Source: Chloroflexota bacterium
GTDB lineage: Bacteria; Chloroflexota; Anaerolineae; Anaerolineales; UBA4823
DNA: 64,000 nt
Assembly: GCA_012516075.1 (NCBI GenBank)
Contig: JAAYXE010000075.1
Coordinates: 1,860 to 65,859 of the forward strand
Direction of reading: 5' to 3'
The notes under the pieces were generated by a model. The model saw nothing but the letters and a program-made list of their open reading frames with translations, did not search any database and was not told the DNA's origin. Shown here piece after piece: positions 56,830 to 64,000 of this stretch (its first letter is position 1; the number at the start of each line of letters is the position of its first letter). The translations under genes were made by a program, and so were the position numbers.

Positions 56830-57882
56830 TCATTCCCCTGTTGCTGCCTGGCCAACTCCGGTGTCGATATACCCGCCGGTCAGGTCAAGCAAAAGCTTCT
56901 CCACAAGCGCCTGCCTGCCCGGTGAGAAAAGGTCTGGATTACGGTGGGTAAGCGCAAGGGTGCTCACAGAGACATCCTCAACCTGTCCCTGCAGCAGTCC
57001 AGGAATGATTTCCAGGGCGGCCGGAAGCCAGTCCGCCTGGATCGAGGCAATCCAACGGTCTTCAGCCTCAGCCGGTGGGGCGACGCTGCCGATAATATTT
57101 ACCCCGGCCTGGGCGATATAGCCATAGATGCCCTCCTGATCTACGCCGGGAGCCACATAAATCGTCTTCACCCCCCGCACGGTCAGAGCATCGACAGCGG
57201 CCTGCATTTCTGCTTCGCCAGCAGACGCTTCCAGTTCGGAAATCAGCGGGTATTCGTCATAAGGTGGAGCCGAGGGACGGCAAAGCCCGCAAAAATAAAC
57301 AACGCCGTTGCGGAAGGCGCGTCCAGCTGTTGAACCCGGGTTGTGGATGACCCCAACCCGCCACTCTGGAGTGACGACAGCGGCCAGGTAGCCGGCCAGG
57401 AATGCCTGCTGGTCCACAGGTGCAGCCTGTGCCCCCAACTGCACCAGGTTGTCCGCCTGCGGCAGTACTGAAAAACCCAGCGCCAGAAAGCGGGTATCGG
57501 GAGCCGCAGCTGCCAGGTCGGAGAGATCTTCTGCGGGTGGCAGCGCCACGACCAGCTGCACAGGATCCGTGATATCATCCGCCGAAAGGGAAGCGGCCTG
57601 AGAAAACCCCAGCCCCGACTCGGCGGCCAGCGCGCTCAGCTCCGTCTGCAGCGCTGCTGTCAGATCCGGATCTGCGCTCTGCCGCGCGTACAGGATCACA
57701 GCAGGCACTTCCTCAGTCGGGCTCGGTTCAGGGCTGGGTGAGGCTGAGGGCACCGTATTTTCCGGTGTAGGAGAAGTGGGAATCTGCGGGGTGACTGCAG
57801 GGGGAGCCGGATTGCAGGCGCCAGCCAGGAGTGCCCCAAGGATCACAACGATGATTAACCTGTTAATACGACCGGCAGTCAA
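56830..57882 (-). CDS. divergent BMP-family-like lipoprotein
   Basis: 350 aa. Lipobox LLAGACN. Pro-rich linker. ..FLAGYLAAVVTPEWRVGVI..AFRNGVVYFCG.. resembles the BMP fold only loosely. Confidence 0.5.
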   Translation of the reverse strand: MTAGRINRLIIVVILGALLAGACNPAPPAVTPQIPTSPTPENTVPSASPSPEPSPTEEVPAVILYARQSADPDLTAALQTELSALAAESGLGFSQAASLSADDITDPVQLVVALPPAEDLSDLAAAAPDTRFLALGFSVLPQADNLVQLGAQAAPVDQQAFLAGYLAAVVTPEWRVGVIHNPGSTAGRAFRNGVVYFCGLCRPSAPPYDEYPLISELEASAGEAEMQAAVDALTVRGVKTIYVAPGVDQEGIYGYIAQAGVNIIGSVAPPAEAEDRWIASIQADWLPAALEIIPGLLQGQVEDVSVSTLALTHRNPDLFSPGRQALVEKLLLDLTGGYIDTGVGQAATGE

Positions 57883-57998
57883 AGCAACTCTCCGTCAAAA
57901 ACCTGTTCCTGGGAACAGGTTGATATTGAACGCTCAGACCATATGCAGCTGGACTTCGCTCCAAATGGCGCCCGGTTATTTTACTGTATAATTAAATC

Positions 57999-58469
57999 AT
58001 GATCGAGCTCAACATCCCCGGCCAGCCTCCTCTTCAAATTGAACACCTTGTAACAGATGTCAACGGCACCATTGCCCTGGACGGGCGCCTGTTTGAAGGT
58101 CTGGCGCGCACCCTGAACAGGCTGCGTGACAGGCTGGATATTCACCTGTTAACAGCAGATACGCACGGGAATCAGGACCTAATTGACCGCCAGATCGGTT
58201 TCTCCGCGGTGCGGATTCGACCGGGAGATGAAGCCCGACAGAAAGCCGATTATGTTCGCAACCTGGGGCCAGAACGGACTGCAGCCATCGGGCAGGGTGC
58301 AAATGACAGCCTGATGTTAAAAACCGCCGCGATCGGCATATGTGTTCTGTCAACGGAAGGTGTGGCTGTGGAAACCTTACTTGCAGCCGATATGGTCGTT
58401 CCCGACATCCAGTCCGCTCTGGCGCTGTTTGATAAACCCACGCGCCTGGTCGCAACACTGAGAAAATAA
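57999..58469 (+). CDS. HAD-superfamily hydrolase (soluble P-type-ATPase-like, COG4087 type)
   Basis: 156 aa. ..LVTDVNGTIALDG...LLTADTHGNQ...GQGANDSLMLKTAAIGICV.. Confidence 0.7.
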   Translation: MIELNIPGQPPLQIEHLVTDVNGTIALDGRLFEGLARTLNRLRDRLDIHLLTADTHGNQDLIDRQIGFSAVRIRPGDEARQKADYVRNLGPERTAAIGQGANDSLMLKTAAIGICVLSTEGVAVETLLAADMVVPDIQSALALFDKPTRLVATLRK

Positions 58470-58516
58470 CCCGCTCTCGTGGGGAGCTGCGAGCAGGCTC
58501 CTCCGGTAAGGATAGT

Positions 58517-59686
58517 ATGGATCTTCCTCAAACTGAGCAGCAACCCGACGACCCCAACCGGCTGCCCCCCGCCCGCCGGCGCAGAGCCAGGCGGCTGCTG
58601 GCCCCCCTGGACGTTGATGAGCGCGCCGCGTTCCTGGCCGAGCTGGCCCGGCGTGCCTCTCCATCCTTTGATTTCTTCCTTTTTTCTCTGCTGGCCGGGC
58701 TGGTGTTAAGCGCCGGACTGGTGCTCGACGCGCCCTTCGTGCTGGTCGCAGGCGCGGTCCTGGCTCCCTTTATGGCGCCCGTCGTCGGAATCTCTCTAGG
58801 GACCGTTACAGGCTCGGGGCGCTATTTTGCACGCAGCCTGGCCGGTGTGTTCATCGGCAGTCTGCTGGTGTTCCTGGCTTCTCTGGTTGTGGGATTCGCC
58901 GGCCAGACCTGGGCTCCGGCACAGCCGTATCTGGCCGCTGTGCACGCTCGAATTTCCTGGCTGCATTTCGCCATACTGGCGGCTGGAGGGGCGGCGACCG
59001 CAGCCTATATCGTCCATGATGAACGCAAGGCAGCCGTCTCCAGTGTGATCCTGGCTTACGGCCTCTACACGCCCCTTGCTGCTGCAGCCCTGGGCCTGAG
59101 CACCGGCATGCCGCACCTCTGGCCGGACGGACTGGTTGTTTTTGCGATCTACCTGGCCTGGGTGACCCTGTCTGGCGCGCTGGCCTTTGCGGTGCTCGGC
59201 TACCGCCCGCTGACCCTGTTCGGTTACACGCTTGGGAGCGCTGTTGCGCTGCTGGGGATCATCCTGTTCATCGGTCTGGGTGGCGCCGGTGCTGCTTTTG
59301 GCGCCCAGGTAGGCATCCCTACCCCCATTCCTTCCGCGACGCCATCGCCGACCCTCACACCGACGGTAACGCCCACGCCTGTTCCACCCACAAACACCCC
59401 ATCGCCCACACCAACACGCACGCCCACGCGCACCGCCACGATAACCCCTACCCCTTCTCCCACCCCGGTCTTCGCCGTAGTACAGGCAGCTGAGGGCGGC
59501 GGTGGTTTTGTTCGCGATGAGCCCGGTGGAGGGATCGTGGCGATATTAGGGAATGGTGCCGTGGTACAGGTGCTGCCGGAAACCGTAGAGCTGAACGGTC
59601 AGGTCTGGGTGCAGGTGATTACCGCAGATAACCAGCGCGGCTGGATGCTGCAGATCCTGCTGGCTGCACCAACGCCAACCCCATAA
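58517..59686 (+). CDS. DUF389-like membrane protein with Pro/Thr-rich linker and C-terminal SH3b-like domain
   Basis: 389 aa. TM core with ..LVAGAVLAPFMAPVVGISLG.. About 50 aa PT-rich linker (PSATPSPTLTPTVTPTPVPPTNTPSPTPTRTPTRTATITPTPSPTP). The C-terminal ~65 aa look SH3-like. Confidence 0.55.
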   Translation: MDLPQTEQQPDDPNRLPPARRRRARRLLAPLDVDERAAFLAELARRASPSFDFFLFSLLAGLVLSAGLVLDAPFVLVAGAVLAPFMAPVVGISLGTVTGSGRYFARSLAGVFIGSLLVFLASLVVGFAGQTWAPAQPYLAAVHARISWLHFAILAAGGAATAAYIVHDERKAAVSSVILAYGLYTPLAAAALGLSTGMPHLWPDGLVVFAIYLAWVTLSGALAFAVLGYRPLTLFGYTLGSAVALLGIILFIGLGGAGAAFGAQVGIPTPIPSATPSPTLTPTVTPTPVPPTNTPSPTPTRTPTRTATITPTPSPTPVFAVVQAAEGGGGFVRDEPGGGIVAILGNGAVVQVLPETVELNGQVWVQVITADNQRGWMLQILLAAPTPTP

Positions 59687-59706
59687 TTCATTACCGAGCC
59701 AGGTTC

Positions 59707-60126
59707 TTACGAGCGGGGCGGTAAACTCTGTGGACCGAAATTGTGGGGCAGCAGCGCGGCCACGGTCGTCTCCAGAGTCAGATTCCCTTCGCCATCGAAC
59801 AGGTAAACGATAGTGTCGGTTCCGAACTCTGCCAGCACCTGGCGGCAGGCCCCGCAGGGAGTCCCACCGTTATCGGTGGCGACTGCCAGGGCGGTAAACT
59901 CCCTTTCCCCGGCAGAAACCGCTTTAAACACAGCCACCCGCTCTGCACAAATGCTGGACGGATATGCGGCGTTCTCCACATTGACCCCATCATAAATCCG
60001 TCCCGAAGCGGTCAGCAAGGCTGCCCCGACCCGGTAGTTTGAATAGGGCACATAGGCCCACTGGCGCGCATCCAGAGCGGCTGCCGCCAGCTGTTCGCGA
60101 ACTTCATCCGGCAGTTTCATGGTCAT
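59707..60126 (-). CDS. cdd: cytidine deaminase
   Basis: ORF 59707..60192. The start is probably at 60126 or 60120 (MTMKLPDE..). Zn motifs CAERVA and PCGACRQVL. Confidence 0.85.
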   Translation of the reverse strand: MTMKLPDEVREQLAAAALDARQWAYVPYSNYRVGAALLTASGRIYDGVNVENAAYPSSICAERVAVFKAVSAGEREFTALAVATDNGGTPCGACRQVLAEFGTDTIVYLFDGEGNLTLETTVAALLPHNFGPQSLPPRS

Positions 60127-61387
60127 TGGCTTCTTCGCTCTCCACCCCCGAGGGCAGCCAGCGGGCGCGCACTTTGCGTATCCGCCTTCCACTGACCTGC
60201 TCCACGGTTAGCTGCAGTGAATCCTTCTCCACGGTTTCCCCTACCTCGGGTATACGTCCAAGGCTGCTGTAAATAAAACCACCGATGGTGTCAGCTTCCT
60301 CTTTGGAAATGCTGCTGCCCATGATCTCATTGAAGTCGTCCAGATCCACACGCCCCAGGAAGATGTACTCGTCGTTCGGCATGACCTGATAAGGTGCTTC
60401 TTCAGCCTGGTCATATTCGTCCCGGATCTCGCCGACCACTTCTTCAACGATGTCCTCCAGCGTAACCAGCCCGGCCACGCCGCCGTACTCGTCCACCACA
60501 ATGGCCATGTGGATGCGCTGGCTCTGCATCTCGGAGAGCAGCTCGTCGACCTTTTTGGCCTCTGGCACAAAATATGCCGGGCGCAGCAGGCTGCGCAGAG
60601 AACTCAACTGGTCGCCCTCACGCCACACACGCAGCAGGTCTTTGGCGTACAGCAGACCGAGCGTTTTGTCCACCGTCTCTTCATATACCGGGATGCGAGA
60701 ATGGCCCGAGCTCAGCATCGTATCCACGGCTTCAGACAGCGGTGTGTTTACGTCGAGGGCAACCATGTCAATGCGCGGCACCATAATCTCGCGCGCCAGT
60801 GTATTCCCGAGCTGAAAGATCGAGTAGATCATTTGCCGCTCGCCCTGTTCGAAGATGCCCTCTTCTTCGCCAGCGTCCACCAGCGTTTTCAGCTCATCGG
60901 TTGTCACCGTGCCCACATCGAGGTTAACGCCGGCATCGCGTGAGATCCCCAGCGGCAGCAGGGTTAGGAACGCAAAAATCCCCAGTAAGACGCGCACCAC
61001 TGGTGTCAATCTGACAGCCCACACTTCCGGAGCGCGCGACACATTTCGTTCAATAACCGTTTCGATTAAGAACAGGATGAACCCGACCAGTGCTGCCAGT
61101 CCTGCGGTTGCCCAGACCGTTGCTCCTCCCATGCTGCGCGAAGCCCAATAAAGGAACAGCGCTGCCAGGAAAAAGCGAGTGAGAACCAGGACGAGGTTCA
61201 GGGTAATGCGGATGCGTGCCCCAGAGGGCAGCAGCACAGAGGTGCTGTAAAGCTGCACTCCGGAGCTGTCTCGCAGAGCCAGCAGCCGGGCGTGGGTGAG
61301 CTGCACAAAAGCAGATCGCGCCGCTACGGCGATAAAATCAAGCAGCAGCAGGCCGAGGCCCAGTAAAACAAATTGTAAATCAGTCAC
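60104..61387 (-). CDS. CNNM/CorC-HlyC family protein (DUF21 + CBS pair + CorC_HlyC)
   Basis: ORF 60104..61486. The GTG at 61387 (VTDLQFVLLGL..) lies 4 nt past the glmU stop codon (61380-61382) and removes a 107-nt overlap. The CBS pair and C-terminal transporter-associated domain are recognisable. Confidence 0.8.
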   Translation of the reverse strand: MTDLQFVLLGLGLLLLDFIAVAARSAFVQLTHARLLALRDSSGVQLYSTSVLLPSGARIRITLNLVLVLTRFFLAALFLYWASRSMGGATVWATAGLAALVGFILFLIETVIERNVSRAPEVWAVRLTPVVRVLLGIFAFLTLLPLGISRDAGVNLDVGTVTTDELKTLVDAGEEEGIFEQGERQMIYSIFQLGNTLAREIMVPRIDMVALDVNTPLSEAVDTMLSSGHSRIPVYEETVDKTLGLLYAKDLLRVWREGDQLSSLRSLLRPAYFVPEAKKVDELLSEMQSQRIHMAIVVDEYGGVAGLVTLEDIVEEVVGEIRDEYDQAEEAPYQVMPNDEYIFLGRVDLDDFNEIMGSSISKEEADTIGGFIYSSLGRIPEVGETVEKDSLQLTVEQVSGRRIRKVRARWLPSGVESEEANDHETAG

Positions 61388-62732
61388 CTTTCTCCAGCCT
61401 TCGAATCTTGCGCGCAGGAACCCCAACAGCCAGTGTGTCGGGTTCCACATCCCGGGTGACCACCGAACCGGCACCCGTGCGCGCACCGGCGCCTATTTTT
61501 ACCGGCGCCACCAGCATGGTATCGCTTCCGATGAAAGCGCCCTCACCGATTTCTGTGCGGTTTTTCTTTTTTCCATCGAAATTGCAGGTGATCGTTCCGG
61601 CCCCAATATTGACGTCCGGGCCGATGGTCGCATCACCCACGTAAGAAAAGTGGCCCATTTTGGTCCCCGGGCCAAGGTAAGAATTTTTCACCTCGCCAAA
61701 ATTGCCCATGTGAACGCCCCGGGCCAGATGAGCACCTTTGCGCAGGTGGCCAAATGGACCAATTTCGACCTCATCTTCGAGCAGCGCACCTTCCAGCACC
61801 GAAGCGAGCACCCGGCAGCGGCTGCCCACACGGGTATCGCGGATGATCGTGTTGGGACCGATCGTGCAGTGATCTCCGATCTCACTTTCGCCCTGCAGAT
61901 ACGTGTTGGGGTAAATCACGGTATCCTGCCCGATGGTCACCCCCGGCTCGATATACGTAGCGGACGGATCGATCAGGGTAACACCTTCGAGCATCCAGTG
62001 ACGGTTGATGCGCCGGCGCAGCTCCGCCTCCGCCTCGGCCAGATGCACACGGTTGTTAATGCCGATCGTTTCATTAATATCTTCGATTTCGCAGGCCTGC
62101 ACCGAAACGCCTTCGGCCACCGCGACGGCTACCAGGTCTGTGAGATAGTACTCTCCTTTCGGAGAGAGGGGCACTTTCGGCAGTGCATCCCACAACCAGT
62201 CTGCGTCAAAACAGTAAGCCCCGACGTTTAACTCCCGGATCTGCAGCTGCTCCGGGGTAGCCTGCGCTTCTTCGACCACGGCCAGCACCCGTCCGTCCTC
62301 GCCGCGCACCACCCGGCCGAAACCGCGGGGATCATTCTGCACCACCGTTGTCGAAGTCACCGGTCCGTTATGCGCCAGGTGTGCCTGGACCAGGCTCTGC
62401 AGGGTTTCCGCCCGCAGCAGCGGCATATCGGCGTACGTCACAATCACCAGATCGCAGCTGCCGCGCAGCAGACCTTCTGCTTGCCGGACGGCATGCGCAG
62501 TCCCCAACTGCTCTTCCTGCAAAACATACCGGGCACGGTCTCCCAGGGCAGCGCGGATCTCATCGGCATGGTGGCCGATCACAACCACCGGCTTTTCGTT
62601 AGAAGCTTTTTCGGCAGCTTCCAGAGAGTAATGGATTAACGGGCGCCCCAGCAGCGGATGCAGGACCTTGGGAAGATCGGAGCGCATGCGGGTCCCCTGA
62701 CCGGCCGCCAGCAGTATGGATACGATTTTCAT
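61380..62732 (-). CDS. glmU: bifunctional UDP-N-acetylglucosamine pyrophosphorylase / glucosamine-1-phosphate N-acetyltransferase
   Basis: 450 aa. ILLAAGQGTRMRSDLPKVLHPLLGRPLI. Long C-terminal LbH region. Confidence 0.9.
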   Translation of the reverse strand: MKIVSILLAAGQGTRMRSDLPKVLHPLLGRPLIHYSLEAAEKASNEKPVVVIGHHADEIRAALGDRARYVLQEEQLGTAHAVRQAEGLLRGSCDLVIVTYADMPLLRAETLQSLVQAHLAHNGPVTSTTVVQNDPRGFGRVVRGEDGRVLAVVEEAQATPEQLQIRELNVGAYCFDADWLWDALPKVPLSPKGEYYLTDLVAVAVAEGVSVQACEIEDINETIGINNRVHLAEAEAELRRRINRHWMLEGVTLIDPSATYIEPGVTIGQDTVIYPNTYLQGESEIGDHCTIGPNTIIRDTRVGSRCRVLASVLEGALLEDEVEIGPFGHLRKGAHLARGVHMGNFGEVKNSYLGPGTKMGHFSYVGDATIGPDVNIGAGTITCNFDGKKKNRTEIGEGAFIGSDTMLVAPVKIGAGARTGAGSVVTRDVEPDTLAVGVPARKIRRLEKGD

Positions 62733-62880
62733 AGAATCTCCAGCTCAAGGGTTTAAAAATAAAAACGACGAGCTACCCGCGTCCGCAGCATGCAGCGCGC
62801 CGCCCGTCCTGAATTTCAACCTTAATGGATATTGACTTGAATCTTCGTCAAGCACGTGAACTACCTGTCAGGGCGAAAGG

Positions 62881-62951
62881 CTGGGGCGCCCGGATTCGAA
62901 CCAGGATATACGGATCCAAAGTCCGCTGTGCTGCCATTGCACCACGCCCCA
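62881..62951 (-). tRNA. tRNA-Gln (anticodon UUG)
   Basis: Reverse complement TGGGGCGTGGTGCAATGGCAGCACAGCGGACTTTGGATCCGTATATCCTGGTTCGAATCCGGGCGCCCCAG. U1-A72 acceptor, anticodon loop CTTTGGA, T-loop GGTTCGAATCC. Confidence 0.8.
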
Positions 62952-63103
62952 CCGTTTTCGCCTGATAACGCCCGGAAATCGGGCGCCCAACATTGTATCA
63001 CAAGGAGAAAGCAGCGTAAATAGATGTACGCACGTCAGTGCGCCTGATCCATACCGGATAACCGGTGGGGCCTCCCTCACCAGCTTAAGCCAGTGAGCGG
63101 TGT

Positions 63104-64000
63104 TCACTCGGGCACTGTCCCGCTCTCATCTTCCGCCGGTAAACCCGGCGCAAGCCCCAGGTCGAGCGCCTGCTCGTAGGGGATGGCGTCTTCATCGAGG
63201 GTGAATTCTGTTTTTTCGGCCAGATTTTCCCAGAAAGCATCCACCTCTTCCGGTTTCAATTCCACCTCTGTGTCAAGGCTGAAGAGATCAGAAACATCGG
63301 GGAGATCGGTGGACACTTCCTCTTCCGCAGGAGCTTCTTCTGGCGGGAGAACCACATCCTCAGGCGGAGCTGCCGGTTCCACCTTCCGGGTCCCTGTCTG
63401 CACCTGCTGGAGGGCCGCGGCGATCTGCGCAACCCGGTGAGAATCCAGAGGAGGCCGGGTGGAGGCGATCAACACGTCTGCGCCGGGGACCTGCAGAGCG
63501 ACCAGATCTTCATCCTTTCCCGGGAAGTGCATCAGGACATGCCGCCCGCTGTCCTCCAGGCGCTGTGCAACGCCGCCGCCGGCCCGCAGTGCAGACAGAA
63601 CGGCGGCGCGCAGCTGGATATTCTCCAGAAAGGCAGAAAAACCGCCAGACTGGGCCAGCACTCGCCCGGCGGCACTCAGCAGGCCGACAGCCTGCAGGTC
63701 CATCTCCTGCCGGAGGTTCTCAAGCTGCTGTGCGAGGCGCTCCAGTTCTTCTGACTCGGACAAAATATCCGCATCCGCCAGATTCAGGCAGGTCTGCACA
63801 GCGGTCAGAAACGCGTCCATGTCCACCGGTTTATAGAAATAAAACGCGGCCCGCGCCTCTTCTACTGCCTGGCGGACAGCAGGATCATCCACACCGGTAA
63901 TGAGAATCACCCTCAGGCCGGGTTTTCTCGCCTGAGCCCTGTTTATCAAATCCAGACCAGAAATTCCGGGGAGATAGACATCGCTAACCAGCAGATCAAC
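63104..64000 (-). CDS. response regulator (REC, 5' end outside window) with an uncharacterised C-terminal domain and acidic tail
   Basis: The ORF track starts it at TTG 63949, but own translation of 63950-64000 continues in frame: VDLLVSDVYLPGISGLDL-INRAQ.., the acceptor-Asp region of a receiver. Downstream is a ~110 aa domain (possibly Roadblock/LC7-like, a weak call) and a Glu/Pro-rich tail. Confidence 0.65.
   Translation of the reverse strand, partial: VDLLVSDVYLPGISGLDLINRAQARKPGLRVILITGVDDPAVRQAVEEARAAFYFYKPVDMDAFLTAVQTCLNLADADILSESEELERLAQQLENLRQEMDLQAVGLLSAAGRVLAQSGGFSAFLENIQLRAAVLSALRAGGGVAQRLEDSGRHVLMHFPGKDEDLVALQVPGADVLIASTRPPLDSHRVAQIAAALQQVQTGTRKVEPAAPPEDVVLPPEEAPAEEEVSTDLPDVSDLFSLDTEVELKPEEVDAFWENLAEKTEFTLDEDAIPYEQALDLGLAPGLPAEDESGTVPE

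Noticed and set aside
62868-63107. 79-aa ORF on the minus strand.
   Set aside because: It overlaps the tRNA-Gln gene (62881..62951). The same applies to ORFs 47423..47605, 47532..47729, 47690..48076 and 47726..48073, which run across the two tRNA-Ser genes.

Overview
GC-rich bacterial chromosomal segment. I saw no rRNA, CRISPR array, transposase or integrase. The taxon cannot be determined from the sequence alone; PT-rich linkers and lipoprotein substrate-binding proteins fit a Chloroflexota-like organism, at low confidence.

Layout from left to right:
- glgX (partial) and a CPBP protease.
- A sulfate ABC importer operon whose ATPase carries two C-terminal USP domains.
- An OmpR-type two-component pair.
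- cysK-cysE behind a roughly 280 nt structured leader that contains an 18-codon mini-ORF with two Cys codons.
- A polysaccharide super-operon of about 32 kb and about 30 genes, all on the minus strand (13.9-45.9 kb).
- A NarL-type regulator and a receiver-like gene.
- Two tRNA-Ser genes, murJ and an S8 protease.
- A BMP-family (nucleoside-type) ABC importer with cdd.
- A CNNM/CorC protein, glmU, tRNA-Gln and a partial response regulator.

The polysaccharide locus encodes Wzx, Wzy, Wzz, a degenerate BY-kinase homolog, 9 glycosyltransferases, 4 hexapeptide acyltransferases, a GH44-like hydrolase and a CDP-hexose/C-methyltransferase branch.

The most unusual content is at the promoter-proximal end of this operon (37.8-45.9 kb). 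It holds a partner-switching module with no sigma factor: a STAS protein, a GAF-PP2C phosphatase, an RsbW/SpoIIAB-like serine kinase and a stand-alone receiver. This module sits next to two odd fusion proteins. One is a GT26 (WecG/TagA-type) glycosyltransferase fused to two STAS domains. The other is an NTP-transferase/LbH/phosphoglycosyl-transferase fusion whose catalytic motifs look degenerate.

This suggests phosphorylation-controlled, post-translational gating of polysaccharide assembly, with the glycosyltransferase as the direct output. All domain calls come from reading motifs by eye in the supplied translations. No database search was run.
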